From: Alphaproteobacteria bacterium
Lineage (GTDB): Bacteria; Pseudomonadota; Alphaproteobacteria; SHVP01
NCBI GenBank assembly: GCA_038121105.1
Contig: JAYONB010000008.1
Coordinates: forward strand, 15,823-79,822
Reading direction: 5' to 3'
DNA length: 64,000 nt
In this document: positions 36,066 to 46,854 of the stretch, in pieces
How the letters are laid out: every line of letters starts with the position of its first letter
Numbering within the stretch: the first letter of the stretch is position 1
Translations under genes and position numbers: made by a program
The notes under the pieces: generated by a model
The model's database searches: none
The model's input: the letters and a program-made list of their open reading frames with translations, nothing else
What the model was told of the DNA's origin: nothing

Positions 36066-38261
36066 CTAAGCGTCCATGTATGCCGGGAGCCAACCTTCCG
36101 CCGCGTCGCGCAACGTATTGACCGGTAGTTCGCCCTCGGGACCGAGGTTAAGTACCTTGTCCCCGCTCACCCCGATCTGCATTGTCGCAATCCCGCCGCT
36201 CTTCGCGTCGGCCTCGATCTTCATCGCGGTCTTGTTGTCCACGGCCACGATATAGCGCGCCTGGTCTTCACCAAACCACCAACCATGATCTGCCGTCTCC
36301 GGCACAGACATAGTGACGCCGACGCTGCCCGCCAAGATCATTTCCGCCACGGCAACCGCAATGCCGCCGTCGCTGACGTCGTGGCAAATCCGCACTTTGC
36401 CGGTTTCGATCAGATCGCGCACGAAATCGCCAACTTGCCGCTCCGTCGCCAAATCGACAGGCGGCGGCGCACCGTCCTCGCGTCCGGCGATTTCTCGCAG
36501 GTAAATGCTCGCACCTAATTGCCCTTCAGTCTTGCCGATGAGGAGGAGGGTCAAACCAGGTTGGTCGATGCCTATACGAGCCAGGCGCGACAAGTCTTCG
36601 ATCAAGCCGACACCGCCGATCGCCGGAGTCGGCTGGACCGCTTTGCCGTTGGTCTCGTTGTAGAAAGACACGTTGCCCGACACGATCGGGAATTCCAGCG
36701 CGCGAGCGGCCTCGCCAATCCCCGACACGGCGCCGACGAACTGGCCCATGACGTCTTCTCGCTCCGGGCTGCCGAAGTTGAGGCAGTCGGTAATGGCTTT
36801 TGGCTTTGCCCCGGTGGCCGTGAGGTTGCGCCAACACTCCGCCACCGCTTGCTTGCCGCCTTCAACGGGGTCCGCCGAGACATACCGAGGGGTGCAATCG
36901 GTCGTCACTGCGAGCGCTCGGTTGCTGTCATGGATCCGGACGATCGCGGCATCGCCGCCGGGTCGTACCACGGTATCGGCCATCACCATGTGATCGTACT
37001 GCTCCCAAATCCAGCGCTTTGAACACAGATCAGGGGAACCAATCAGTGTGACTAACGCCTCTTTCACACCGACTGATGGGGCGACATCGGTCGCCGCAAT
37101 CTGCGGCTGCGCGGGGCTGGGCCGGTGCGGTCGATCATATTCGGGCGCGCTATCGGCAAGCGGAGCGACGGGAAGGTCGGCAACTGTTTCGCCACCCATC
37201 TTGAGGACCATGCGGCCACTTTCCGTCAGACGACCGATCACCGCGAAATCGAGTTCCCATTTCTCGAAGATCGCGCGGGCGTCGTCCTCGCGCCCTGCCT
37301 TCAAGACGATCAACATGCGCTCTTGGGACTCCGAGAGCATCAGCTCATAGGCGCTCATGCCGGTCTCGCGCATCGGCACGTGGTCGAGATCGAGGTCGAT
37401 GCCCATCCCGCCACGAGAGGCCATCTCGAACGAAGAGGATGTCAGGCCCGCGGCACCCATGTCTTGGATGGCGACGATGGCGTCAGTCGCCATCAATTCG
37501 AGGCACGCCTCCAGCAGAAGCTTTTCCGTAAAAGGGTCGCCGACTTGGACCGTCGGGCGCTTCTCCTCAGATTGGTCGTCGAACTCGGCAGACGCCATTG
37601 TCGCGCCGTGAATACCGTCGCGGCCGGTCTTCGATCCGACGTAGATCACAGGGTTCCCCACGCCCGCCGCTTCGGCGTAGAAAATCCGATCGGTCGGTGC
37701 GATGCCGACCGTCATCGCGTTTACTAGAATATTGCCGTCGTAGCTGTTGTGGAACGTGCATTCGCCACCGACCGTCGGCACGCCAATACAATTTCCGTAT
37801 CCCCCGATCCCGGCCACGACGCCACTTACGAGGTGACGTGTCTTCGGATGGTCCGGCGCACCGAATCGCAACGCATTGAGATTTGCAACTGGGCGTGCGC
37901 CCATCGTGAACACATCCCGCAGGATCCCGCCGACACCCGTCGCGGCCCCTTGAAAAGGCTCGATGTAGGAGGGGTGATTGTGGCTCTCCATCTTGAAAAT
38001 GGCCGCCAAGCCCTCGCCGATATCAATCACACCGGCGTTCTCGCCGGGGCCGCAAATCACCCACGGGGCTTCTGTCGGCAGCGTGCGCAGCCACTTCTTC
38101 GAAGACTTGTAGGAACAGTGTTCGCTCCACATCACGGAAAAGATGCCGAGTTCGGTGAGATTGGGTGTCCGTCCCAATATCTCGACCGCGCGGGCGAACT
38201 CTTCCGCCGTGAGGCCGTGCTCCGCCGCAAGTTCCGGGGTCGCGTTACTGAGATCGTTCAT
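36066..38261 (-). CDS. purL: phosphoribosylformylglycinamidine synthase subunit PurL
   Basis: [16 protein letters not shown], 731 aa; purS-purQ-purL gene order. Confidence 0.95.
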   Translation of the reverse strand: MNDLSNATPELAAEHGLTAEEFARAVEILGRTPNLTELGIFSVMWSEHCSYKSSKKWLRTLPTEAPWVICGPGENAGVIDIGEGLAAIFKMESHNHPSYIEPFQGAATGVGGILRDVFTMGARPVANLNALRFGAPDHPKTRHLVSGVVAGIGGYGNCIGVPTVGGECTFHNSYDGNILVNAMTVGIAPTDRIFYAEAAGVGNPVIYVGSKTGRDGIHGATMASAEFDDQSEEKRPTVQVGDPFTEKLLLEACLELMATDAIVAIQDMGAAGLTSSSFEMASRGGMGIDLDLDHVPMRETGMSAYELMLSESQERMLIVLKAGREDDARAIFEKWELDFAVIGRLTESGRMVLKMGGETVADLPVAPLADSAPEYDRPHRPSPAQPQIAATDVAPSVGVKEALVTLIGSPDLCSKRWIWEQYDHMVMADTVVRPGGDAAIVRIHDSNRALAVTTDCTPRYVSADPVEGGKQAVAECWRNLTATGAKPKAITDCLNFGSPEREDVMGQFVGAVSGIGEAARALEFPIVSGNVSFYNETNGKAVQPTPAIGGVGLIEDLSRLARIGIDQPGLTLLLIGKTEGQLGASIYLREIAGREDGAPPPVDLATERQVGDFVRDLIETGKVRICHDVSDGGIAVAVAEMILAGSVGVTMSVPETADHGWWFGEDQARYIVAVDNKTAMKIEADAKSGGIATMQIGVSGDKVLNLGPEGELPVNTLRDAAEGWLPAYMDA

Positions 38262-38265
38262 CGGC

Positions 38266-38955
38266 CTAGGACAATGCGCTAATCATTGAATCGAAAAGTG
38301 CGCGCCCGTCATCCCCACCGAGCGTCGGGTCCGACAACCGCTCGGGATGAGGCATCATCCCCAGAATGCGGCGTGTGGGGTCGAGGATGCCGGCGATATT
38401 GGACAGCGAACCGTTCGGATTGCTGCGATCGTCGGCGGCACCGGCCGCATCGCAATACCGGAAGGCCACGCGGCCCTCGCCTTCCAGCTGCGCGCGACCT
38501 TCTTCGTCGATAAAGTAATTCCCGTCATGATGGGCAACCGGTATGCGGATGACTTGTCCCGCCGAATAGCGGTTGCTGAACACGGTGTCCGCATTCTCGA
38601 CGCGCAGGAAGACGTCGCGGCAGACGAACCGGAGGTTCTTATTCCGCATCAGGACGCCGGGCAAGAGGCCGGCCTCGGTCAGAATTTGAAATCCATTACA
38701 GATACCCAATACGGCGACACCGCGTTCGGCCGACCGAACGACCTCTCGCATGATGGGTGAATGCGCCGCCATTGCGCCCGATCGCAGATAGTCGCCGTAC
38801 GAGAACCCGCCGGGCACGGCAATAAGGTCGACATTGGGCAGAGCGGTATCGCGATGCCAAACCATCGCGGGTTGTGAACCCATCGACTGCGAAAGCGCTA
38901 CCTTTAGGTCGCGATCACAGTTCGACCCTGGGAAAACAACAACCGCGGCCTTCAT
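38266..38955 (-). CDS. purQ: phosphoribosylformylglycinamidine synthase subunit PurQ (glutaminase)
   Basis: [21 protein letters not shown], catalytic GICNGFQ, MPHPER. Confidence 0.95.
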   Translation of the reverse strand: MKAAVVVFPGSNCDRDLKVALSQSMGSQPAMVWHRDTALPNVDLIAVPGGFSYGDYLRSGAMAAHSPIMREVVRSAERGVAVLGICNGFQILTEAGLLPGVLMRNKNLRFVCRDVFLRVENADTVFSNRYSAGQVIRIPVAHHDGNYFIDEEGRAQLEGEGRVAFRYCDAAGAADDRSNPNGSLSNIAGILDPTRRILGMMPHPERLSDPTLGGDDGRALFDSMISALS

Positions 38956-38985
38956 CTTGGTCTGGGGGTCCCTAGCCGAGGGTGA

Positions 38986-39234
38986 TCAGGATTGGTCAAC
39001 GATCTCGACTCGATAATTCTCGATCACGGTGTTCGCCAATAGACGTTCGCACATTTCTTTCACCGTCGCCTCGGCGCCGGCGTGATCGCCGTCGGGCAAG
39101 TCGAGCTCGATATACTTTCCCTGCCTTACGTCCTGTACGCCTTCAAAACCAAAATGGGTCAGGGCGTTTTCGATCGCTTTCCCCTGCGGGTCGAGGACGC
39201 CGGGCTTGAGGGTAATATGAACCAGCGCTTTCAT
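38986..39234 (-). CDS. purS: phosphoribosylformylglycinamidine synthase subunit PurS
   Basis: 82 aa; KPGVLDPQGKAIENAL. Confidence 0.9.
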   Translation of the reverse strand: MKALVHITLKPGVLDPQGKAIENALTHFGFEGVQDVRQGKYIELDLPDGDHAGAEATVKEMCERLLANTVIENYRVEIVDQS

Positions 39235-39237
39235 CGT

Positions 39238-40002
39238 TTACTGCATCACCTGGGGGCCTTTGATATCGGTCGGACCGCTCTCGGGCAGAATGCCGAGCCG
39301 GCGCGCAACTTCTTGGTAGGCCTCGGCGATGTTGTCCATATCTCGACGAAACCGGTCCTTGTCCATCTTTTCGTTGGTCTGCAAATCCCATAGACGGCAG
39401 GAGTCGGGGCTAATTTCGTCGGCGAGAACGATACGCATGTCATCGTTCGAATAGTGCCGTCCGTATTCGATCTTGAAGTCGATCAAGCGTATGCCGACAC
39501 CGAAGAACAGCCCCGACAAGAAATCGTTGATCCGCAACGACATGGCGACCATCTCGTCGAGCTCTTGCGGTGACGCCCATCCGAACGCGGTAATGTGCTC
39601 CTCACCGACCATCGGATCGTCGAGTTCGTCGGACTTGTAGTAGTACTCGATGATGGATCGGGGCAGAGTCTGGCCTTCCGGAATCCCCAACCTTTTCGAC
39701 AAGGACCCGGCGGCGACGTTCCGGATGACAACCTCGATCGGAATAATCTCAACTTCTTTGATGAGTTGTTCCCGCATGTTTAGGCGGCGCACGAAGTGGG
39801 TCGGCACACCGATCTCGCCGATTCGCGTCATCAAATACTCGGAAATTCGATTGTTCAGGACGCCTTTGCCTGTAATCGTCCCGCGTTTTTGATTGTTGAA
39901 TGCGGTGGCGTCGTCCTTGAAGTACTGGACCAAAGTCCCGGGCTCCGGTCCTTCAAAAATGACCTTTGCCTTGCCTTCGTAGATTTGTCTGCGGCGGGCC
40001 AT
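39238..40002 (-). CDS. purC: phosphoribosylaminoimidazole-succinocarboxamide synthase
   Basis: [18 protein letters not shown]..., ...[14 protein letters not shown].... The track start at 40059 is over-extended. Confidence 0.95.
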   Translation of the reverse strand: MARRRQIYEGKAKVIFEGPEPGTLVQYFKDDATAFNNQKRGTITGKGVLNNRISEYLMTRIGEIGVPTHFVRRLNMREQLIKEVEIIPIEVVIRNVAAGSLSKRLGIPEGQTLPRSIIEYYYKSDELDDPMVGEEHITAFGWASPQELDEMVAMSLRINDFLSGLFFGVGIRLIDFKIEYGRHYSNDDMRIVLADEISPDSCRLWDLQTNEKMDKDRFRRDMDNIAEAYQEVARRLGILPESGPTDIKGPQVMQ

Positions 40003-40192
40003 TTTGGGTGATTTCCTGTGATCTGAGGCCAGGGAGAGGCCCGACGTTTTATAGGGCAAAAAAACTGGTCACCCAAGGGCCTGGCGGACTGGACGTGACA
40101 GGGCTCAAAACCTATATCGGTAGTTGATTTAGCCCCTTCGGACGGGCTATGGACAGCCTAGCCCAATTGGCCATCAGGGAGCGCCACGCCCA

Positions 40193-40519
40193 ATGTCATC
40201 CACTTTCGAAAAACGCGAACGAGCCCAGGAAGCCAAATTCGCCCACGATCAAGAAATGGACTTCCGGGTCTCTGCCCGGCGGGACAAGCTTCTCGGGCTA
40301 TGGGCTGCGGAGCTTATGGACATGAAGGGCGGAGATGCCGAGGCCTATGCGAGGCAGATCGTCCTAACCGATGTCGACCAACCGGGCGACGATGACGTTT
40401 TCCAGCGGGTAAAAAGCGATCTAGAGGCCGCCAAGGTCGAGGTCTCAGATCATGACCTTCGTCGCAAAATGGACAGCCTACTGCGTCTTGCCCGCGAGCA
40501 AATGGAAACCGAGGCCTAG
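40193..40519 (+). CDS. DUF1476 protein, homologue of the alphaproteobacterial F1-ATPase inhibitor zeta subunit
   Basis: FEKRERAQEAKFAHDQEMDFRVSARRDKLLGLWAAEL...GDDDVF closely parallels the Paracoccus zeta subunit as I remember it; 108 aa. Confidence 0.8.
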   Translation: MSSTFEKRERAQEAKFAHDQEMDFRVSARRDKLLGLWAAELMDMKGGDAEAYARQIVLTDVDQPGDDDVFQRVKSDLEAAKVEVSDHDLRRKMDSLLRLAREQMETEA

Positions 40520-40523
40520 GCCC

Positions 40524-41846
40524 TTATTGGGCGGCGCGGCGCGCTTGTTCGGAAGCGCCGAACACCCGGTCGAAAATCGTCGATACGTGCTTGGTGTGAT
40601 AGCCCAAGTCGAACGCCTCGCGAAGCTCGTCTTCTGAGATCAAGGCGACGACCTCGGGGTCGCCCAGCAGCGTTTCGAGAAAATCGATCCGCTCCTCCCA
40701 CACTTTCATGGCATTTCGCTGGACCATCGCATAAGCCGCCTCGCGGCTGGCACCCTTCTGGGTCAAAGCCAGGAGCACGCGTTGCGAGTGGACCAAGCCG
40801 CGCATTTGATCGAGGTTTTCCTGCATACGCTCGGGGTGCACCACGAGCTTGTCCATCAACCCCGTCAGCCGCGCCAGAGCGAAATCCAGCGTCACGGTCG
40901 CGTCGGGCCCAATCATGCGCTCCACGGAGGAATGCGAGATATCGCGTTCGTGCCAAAGCGCTACGTTTTCAAAGGCTGGCACCGCATAGCCGCGCACGAG
41001 CCGGGCCAATCCCGTCAAGTTCTCGCTCAGGACAGGGTTGCGTTTATGGGGCATCGCGGAAGAACCCTTTTGGCCCTTCGCGAAGTACTCCTCCGCTTCT
41101 AGAACTTCTGTCCGCTGCAGATGCCGGACCTCGGTGGCGAGGCGTTCGACGCAACTCGCGACCAGCGCCAACGCCGCAAAGAACGCGGCGTGACGATCGC
41201 GCGGAATGACCTGTGTGGAAACGCGTTCGATCGCAAGGCCCAGAGCCTTGGCCACATGCGCCTCCACGGCGGGGTCGATATTGGCGAAAGTTCCTACGGC
41301 GCCGGAGATCGCGCACGTCGCGATCTCGGTCCGGGCTGCCTTTAAGCGGGCCCGGCACCGGTCGAATTCCGCATAGGCCTGGGCCATTTTTAGCCCGAAG
41401 GTCGTCGGTTCGGCGTGAATGCCGTGGCTACGCCCGACACATACGGTGAATTTGTGCTCTTCTGCGCGCCGCCGCAATACGGCAAGCAGGCCATCCAAGT
41501 CCTGTATCAGCAAATCGGACGCGCGGGTTAGTTGGACCGCAAGGCAGGTATCTAGGACGTCCGAGGAGGTCATGCCCTGGTGAACAAAGCGCGCCGGTTC
41601 CCCGACATGCTCTGCCAAGCTGGTGAGAAAAGCGATCACATCATGGCGGGTCTCGCGTTCAATCTCGTCGATCCGGTCGATTTCGAATTTGCCTTTTTCC
41701 CACACCGCAGCGGCGGCCTCCTTCGGAATAACGCCCAATTCGGCTTGGGCGTCGCAGGCATGGGCCTCGATCTCCAACCAAATCTGGAATCGGGTTTCGG
41801 GGGCCCAAATTTGGGCCATTTCCGGGCGGCTATAACGCGGGATCAT
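40524..41846 (-). CDS. purB: adenylosuccinate lyase
   Basis: MIPRYSRPEMAQIW start and the GSSAMPHKRNP signature. The track start at 42065 is over-extended. Confidence 0.95.
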   Translation of the reverse strand: MIPRYSRPEMAQIWAPETRFQIWLEIEAHACDAQAELGVIPKEAAAAVWEKGKFEIDRIDEIERETRHDVIAFLTSLAEHVGEPARFVHQGMTSSDVLDTCLAVQLTRASDLLIQDLDGLLAVLRRRAEEHKFTVCVGRSHGIHAEPTTFGLKMAQAYAEFDRCRARLKAARTEIATCAISGAVGTFANIDPAVEAHVAKALGLAIERVSTQVIPRDRHAAFFAALALVASCVERLATEVRHLQRTEVLEAEEYFAKGQKGSSAMPHKRNPVLSENLTGLARLVRGYAVPAFENVALWHERDISHSSVERMIGPDATVTLDFALARLTGLMDKLVVHPERMQENLDQMRGLVHSQRVLLALTQKGASREAAYAMVQRNAMKVWEERIDFLETLLGDPEVVALISEDELREAFDLGYHTKHVSTIFDRVFGASEQARRAAQ

Positions 41847-41937
41847 GAGACATTTTCTGCACGTGATGGGGGCCTGAAGTATAGTCAGGTGCGCGGGCAG
41901 GGGCCATGGCCGGTGCCCTAAATCACGAAGAGGTCTC

Positions 41938-42678
41938 GTGCGAGCATTCGTCGCCTTCCTTACGCTTTTGGTTTCGTGTTGGGCCGCTTCAGGCGCCGCG
42001 GCGCAGGACCGAGAGGTCGACCTGGAGCTTGTTCTCGCGCTCGATTCGTCGGGCAGCGTCAACACGCGCGAGTTTAATCTCCAGCTTCAGGGCTATATCG
42101 ATGCGTTTCGCAATCCCGCCGTCATCGAGACGGTCACCAATGGCGACACAGGCGCCATCGCGGTGACCTTGTTGATATGGGCCGGGGACACAAGTAGAGG
42201 GACTCGCGTGATCGCCGACTGGACTTTGATCGACAGCCAGGAAACGGCGGAGGAGTTCGTTGAGAAGATTCTCTCAACCCCGCGTTTCATGCTCCGCGAC
42301 GGCACCTCGCTCAGCAACGTGATCGAAACCAGTGCTCGTCTGTTTCGCGGCAACGGCTTTCAGGGCAATCGCATGGTCGTCGATATCTCGGGTGACGGCA
42401 CCAACAACATTGGCTACGAGCCAACTATTGCGCGCGATGTCGCGGTGCGGGCGGGGATCACGATCAACGGGCTCGCCATCCTGACGGACTTTCCCGACCT
42501 CGATCTCTACTATGGCGAGCAAGTCGTCGGCGGCCCCGGCGCCTTTGTTGTCTCAGCGCAAAACTTTCACGCCTTCTCAGCAGCTGTTCTCAACAAGCTG
42601 GTGCGTGAAATTGCCGGCACGATCGGACCGAAGTTGGATCGATCGCGTTTCTTCGCAGAAGGGTCGCCGGCAGAGTAG
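41938..42678 (+). CDS. DUF1194 (VWA-like) secreted protein
   Basis: Signal peptide MRAFVAFLTLLVSCWAASGAAAQ; LVLALDSSGSV (MIDAS-like DxSxS); DISGDGTNN; GTG start. Confidence 0.75.
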   Translation: MRAFVAFLTLLVSCWAASGAAAQDREVDLELVLALDSSGSVNTREFNLQLQGYIDAFRNPAVIETVTNGDTGAIAVTLLIWAGDTSRGTRVIADWTLIDSQETAEEFVEKILSTPRFMLRDGTSLSNVIETSARLFRGNGFQGNRMVVDISGDGTNNIGYEPTIARDVAVRAGITINGLAILTDFPDLDLYYGEQVVGGPGAFVVSAQNFHAFSAAVLNKLVREIAGTIGPKLDRSRFFAEGSPAE

Positions 42679-42691
42679 CGGCGCGGCCACG

Positions 42692-43594
42692 ATGGAACGA
42701 GAGCCCCCCTACACCGACGGAAAGATCAAGGTCACCCCGGCCGCCGGCCCGCTCGGTGCCGAGATTCGGGGCGTCGATCTGTCTGCCGACATCGACGCCC
42801 CGACCCTGGAGGCGATCGAGCGCGCCTGGGCGCGACATTTGGTTTTGGAGTGGCATGATCAACCGCTCACCGTCGCGCAGCATATCGCCTTTGGTCGCCG
42901 TCTCGGGCAGCTAGAGGACATGAGCCATGTCGATCAACCGGAGACGGGATTGCCGCCCGAAGTTTTGGTCATCGTTAACGATCCGGCGCTCAACGATGCG
43001 GTCGCGCCGCCCGCCGGCTACCTCAAGGGTTTTCAAAACAAACATGTCCAATGGCACTCGGACAACTCCTACCGCGAGGTGCCGCCCAAGGGCAGTTTGT
43101 TCGCCGTGAAGGAATCCCCGCCGGAGGGTGGCGTCACGATTTTCTCCAATATGTATGCGGCCTACGAAACGCTCACGACGGAGATGAAGCGAAAGGTCGC
43201 AGGCCGCGAGCTCATCCATGATCCAAGTCTCAACAGTGCTAACGTCCTGCGCGAGGGCGTGACCCCGCCGACCGATGTCTCCAGGGGCTGCGGGCCGCGA
43301 CATCCACTGGTGCGCGTCCACCCGGTTACGGGCAGGCCCGCGCTCTACCTCGGTCGACGGCCCTACGCCTATATTTGTGGATACGGCGTCGACGAAAGCG
43401 AAGCGCTTCTCGATGCGCTTTGGGCTCATGCCACGGCTGACCGCTTCGTTTGGCAGCGCGCCGTCAACAAGCCGGGCGATCTCCTGTTGTGGGATAACCG
43501 CTGCACCATGCATGCGCGCACGGCCTTCGCTTCGGCGTCGCCGCGCCTGGCCCATCGGGTGCAGATTGCCGGCGAGCCGGTGATCGCCGCCTAA
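42692..43594 (+). CDS. TauD/TfdA-family Fe(II)/2-oxoglutarate dioxygenase
   Basis: GAEIRGVDL..., WHSDNSY (HxD), ...WDNRCTMH.... I trimmed the start to MEREPP, the first ATG after the DUF1194 stop. Confidence 0.8.
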   Translation: MEREPPYTDGKIKVTPAAGPLGAEIRGVDLSADIDAPTLEAIERAWARHLVLEWHDQPLTVAQHIAFGRRLGQLEDMSHVDQPETGLPPEVLVIVNDPALNDAVAPPAGYLKGFQNKHVQWHSDNSYREVPPKGSLFAVKESPPEGGVTIFSNMYAAYETLTTEMKRKVAGRELIHDPSLNSANVLREGVTPPTDVSRGCGPRHPLVRVHPVTGRPALYLGRRPYAYICGYGVDESEALLDALWAHATADRFVWQRAVNKPGDLLLWDNRCTMHARTAFASASPRLAHRVQIAGEPVIAA

Positions 43595-43605
43595 CCGGTC
43601 GGTCG

Positions 43606-44319
43606 CTACGAGCCGAGCAGCCCCAAGGCCCGAAAACTGGCCTGATCCTGGCCGCCGATGACGAGATGATCGTGCACGGTGATCCCCAGCGTTGCCGCAG
43701 CCTGCTCGACCTCGCGTGTCATGCTGATGTCCGCGCGCGAGGGCGTGGGGTCGCCGCTGGGGTGGTTGTGGACCAAGATGATCGAAGAAGCCTCTAGCTC
43801 CAGGGCCCGCCGGACCACTTCGCGCGGGTAGACCGGCGTATGGTCGACCGTGCCGACGCCTTGCTTTTCGTCGGCGATCAGTCGGTTCTTGCGATCGAGA
43901 AAAAGGACCCGGAACTCCTCCGTACCCCGGAAGCTCATCCCGGCCCGGCAATAGGCCAGGAGGGCATCCCAAGAGCCGATCACCGGCTGGTCGACGGCCT
44001 TGCCCCGCGCCATGCGAACCGCGGCGGCCTCGACGACTTTAAGGCCGGCAACCACCGCGTCGCCGACCCCGGGTACTTCCTTTAAGCGCGCCGGTGGCGC
44101 CGCCAATACGCGTTCGAACGTGCCGAATTCCTTGATTAGAGCTTTTGCCAGGGGCTTGGTGTCGCCGCGCCGGATCACACCGAAAAGAACAAGTTCCAGC
44201 AGTTCGTAGTCGGGGAGCCCGTCGGGCCCGCCGGCAAGAAAACGGGCCCGCAATCGTTCCCGGTGTCCGAGCGTATCCGCTGCGGATTGTTGGCCGACCG
44301 TATCGCGCCCCGTCGGCAT
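43606..44319 (-). CDS. radC: RadC-family JAB-domain protein
   Basis: [10 protein letters not shown]..., HhH region ..., JAMM motif [15 protein letters not shown] trimmed the start to MPTGRD so that it follows the map stop. Confidence 0.85.
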   Translation of the reverse strand: MPTGRDTVGQQSAADTLGHRERLRARFLAGGPDGLPDYELLELVLFGVIRRGDTKPLAKALIKEFGTFERVLAAPPARLKEVPGVGDAVVAGLKVVEAAAVRMARGKAVDQPVIGSWDALLAYCRAGMSFRGTEEFRVLFLDRKNRLIADEKQGVGTVDHTPVYPREVVRRALELEASSIILVHNHPSGDPTPSRADISMTREVEQAAATLGITVHDHLVIGGQDQASFRALGLLGS

Positions 44320-44327
44320 CGGGTGGG

Positions 44328-45149
44328 CTATCGATAAGGCGGTCGGTCGAGCCCGGCGGGCGAGGCGGTAAAGATCTCGTACCCATCGGCGGTGACGGCG
44401 ATCGAGTGCTCGAACTGCGCCGACAGCGAGCGATCCTTGGTGACGGCAGTCCAACCGTCGTGGAGCATCTTCACTTGCCATTTACCGAGGTTGATCATTG
44501 GTTCGATCGTGAAGAACATGCCCTCGCGCAGTTCGGTGCCGGTACCCGGCGCGCCGTAGTGCAGAATGTTGGGTGCGTCGTGGAAGACGCGACCGAGGCC
44601 ATGGCCGCAGAAATCGCGTACCACCGAGCAACGCTGGGATTCGGCATATTCCTGGATGGCGTGCCCGATGTCGCCGGTCGTGGCGCCGGGCCGCACAGCC
44701 TCGATACCGCGCATCATCGCGTCATAGGTCACGTCGCATAGCCGGCGGGCCTTGACCCCGACATCGCCGACGAAATACATCCGGCTCGAATCGCCGTGCC
44801 AGCCATCGACGATCACCGTCACATCGATGTTCACGATGTCGCCTTTCTGCAGCACCTTGTTGCCGGGAATGCCGTGGCAGACCACATGGTTGACCGAAGT
44901 GCAAATCGACTTCGGAAACCCGCGATAGTTCAGCGGCGCAGGGATCGCCCCACGCTCGACGATAAAAGCGTGGGCGAAATCGTCGATCGATTCGGTGCTG
45001 GCACCCGGTACAACAGTCGGCACGATCGCGTCGAGCGTTTCCGCGGCCAGCCGACCGGCAGCGCGCATCCCATCGAAATCTTCTGGGGCGTGCAGCTTGA
45101 TGGCGCCGGTGTTGCGCAAAGGCGCTTCGGCAGCGAGGGCGTAGGTCAT
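44328..45149 (-). CDS. map: type I methionine aminopeptidase
   Basis: VCHGIP, DIVNIDV, GHGLG, FTIEPM, EHSIAVT metal-ligand blocks. Confidence 0.95.
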   Translation of the reverse strand: MTYALAAEAPLRNTGAIKLHAPEDFDGMRAAGRLAAETLDAIVPTVVPGASTESIDDFAHAFIVERGAIPAPLNYRGFPKSICTSVNHVVCHGIPGNKVLQKGDIVNIDVTVIVDGWHGDSSRMYFVGDVGVKARRLCDVTYDAMMRGIEAVRPGATTGDIGHAIQEYAESQRCSVVRDFCGHGLGRVFHDAPNILHYGAPGTGTELREGMFFTIEPMINLGKWQVKMLHDGWTAVTKDRSLSAQFEHSIAVTADGYEIFTASPAGLDRPPYR

Positions 45150-45154
45150 CCGGT

Positions 45155-45868
45155 CTATCTCCGTCTCGGACCGTCGAAATCAATGCAGCGGTCCACCGTT
45201 ATATCGGCCAATCCGACCCGGCACGCAAGACACAGCACCTCGACCCCGGCGTCCAAGGCGCTTCCCAATGCGGCGTCATAGGCCGGGTCGATGTCGGCGG
45301 CCGCTTGAAAGCGGTCGCAGTCCGCCCGTTGTATCAAAAAGAGCATTAAAGCCCGGTTACCGGCGGCTCTTACCTTGGAAAGCTCTGTCAGGTGTTTCGC
45401 CCCACGGCTGGTCACGGCGTCGGGAAACTCTGCAAGACCGCTCTGGCGTACCAAATGGACGTTCTTCACCTCGACATAGCAATCGGGGAGGTCGGGCTCG
45501 GAAAGAAGGAAATCGATCCGCGATCCCTCGCCGTACTTTACCTCGCGCCGGACCGTTCCATATTGCTCCAAACCGGGCACCGTGCCGGCCTCCAACGCGG
45601 CGGCGACAACCCGGTTGGCATTCAACGGATTGATCCCGACGAGGGTCCCGTCGGCCCGCACGATCTCCCAAGTATAGGGCAACTTGCGCTTGGGGTTATC
45701 CGACACCGATAGCCATACTTCGGAATCGGGTTCGGCCACCCCCAGCATCGTGCCGGTATTCGGGCAGTGCGCCGTCACCTCGCGCCCGTCCTCCAAGACC
45801 ACGTCGGCGAAGAAACGCTTGTAGCGGCGGACCAAGCGGCCGGACAGTAGGGGGCTAGGCAAGATCAT
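45155..45868 (-). CDS. sfsA: SfsA-family DNA/RNA nuclease-fold protein
   Basis: GRLVRRYKRFFADV..., HCPNTG.M..., YVEVKNV...FPDAVTSRG.KHL. Confidence 0.85.
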   Translation of the reverse strand: MILPSPLLSGRLVRRYKRFFADVVLEDGREVTAHCPNTGTMLGVAEPDSEVWLSVSDNPKRKLPYTWEIVRADGTLVGINPLNANRVVAAALEAGTVPGLEQYGTVRREVKYGEGSRIDFLLSEPDLPDCYVEVKNVHLVRQSGLAEFPDAVTSRGAKHLTELSKVRAAGNRALMLFLIQRADCDRFQAAADIDPAYDAALGSALDAGVEVLCLACRVGLADITVDRCIDFDGPRRR

Positions 45869-45920
45869 GGATCAATGATAGCGAACAATGCGAGGAGAGG
45901 TGACGAGGGATAACAACACG

Positions 45921-46682
45921 ATGGCGACGACCGAGCGTATCTATACGGCGAGCCTCATCATTATCGGCAACGAAATCCTGTCCGGCAGAACGCAGGACGC
46001 CAATCTCGCGTTCATCGGCCGCCGGCTGAACGAGCGTGGCATTCGTTTGCAGGAAGTCCGCGTCATACCTGATATCACCGATACCATCGTCGCCACCGTC
46101 AACGAATGCCGCGCCAAATTCGATTACGTCTTCACTACAGGCGGCATCGGCCCGACTCACGACGATATCACCGCCGACAGCGTCGCCTTGGCCTTCGGCG
46201 TCGAGAACAAACTCAACGACGAGGCCTACAGGCTTCTGCTTGACCACTACGGCGATCCCGAAAAGATCAACAGCGCGCGGATCCGCATGGCCCACACACC
46301 GGTCGGCGCGCAGCTCATTCACAACCCGATCAGCCTGGCACCCGGTTTCCAAATGGAAAACGTGTTCGTGATGGCAGGGGTGCCACGGATCATGCAGGTC
46401 ATGTTCGATGGGCTGGGCGATCGCTTGGTTGGTGGCCGGCCCCTCAAGTCGCGCGCGATCGACGCGCGTCTTCCCGAGGGCGCGATTGCCGGTGGATTGG
46501 GTAAGGTGCAAGAGCGCTTCGCGGATATCGATATCGGCTCGTATCCCTATTTCCGCGAGGGCCTGGTGGGTTGCACGTTGGTTCTTCGAGGCGCCGACGA
46601 AACCCAGCTCGACGCCGCCGCCGAAGAGGTGCGAACCCTGGTTCGCTCGGTCGGTGGCGATCCCGTCGACGAAACGACCTAA
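45921..46682 (+). CDS. CinA-like molybdopterin-binding (MoCF) domain protein
   Basis: ASLIIIGNEILSGRTQDANL and TGGIGPTHDDIT. I trimmed the start to MATTER. Confidence 0.75.
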   Translation: MATTERIYTASLIIIGNEILSGRTQDANLAFIGRRLNERGIRLQEVRVIPDITDTIVATVNECRAKFDYVFTTGGIGPTHDDITADSVALAFGVENKLNDEAYRLLLDHYGDPEKINSARIRMAHTPVGAQLIHNPISLAPGFQMENVFVMAGVPRIMQVMFDGLGDRLVGGRPLKSRAIDARLPEGAIAGGLGKVQERFADIDIGSYPYFREGLVGCTLVLRGADETQLDAAAEEVRTLVRSVGGDPVDETT

Positions 46683-46736
46683 AGACGCCGCTGCGTCTTG
46701 CCCCCGCCATAATCCCGCGGATAGGGTGACGCCCGT

Positions 46737-46825
46737 GCCCGCTTGGCGGAATTGGTAGACGCAACGGACTTAAAATCCGTTTCCTGGAAACGGGAGTGCA
46801 GGTTCAAGTCCTGCAGCGGGCACCA
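46737..46825 (+). tRNA. tRNA-Leu (anticodon TAA)
   Basis: GCCCGCT acceptor, anticodon arm ACGGA-CTTAAAA-TCCGT, long variable arm, T-arm GCAGG-TTCAAGT-CCTGC, AGCGGGC-A-CCA. Confidence 0.9.
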
Positions 46826-46854
46826 CGCTAATGGGTCGGCCAAGGGGGAGCTGC

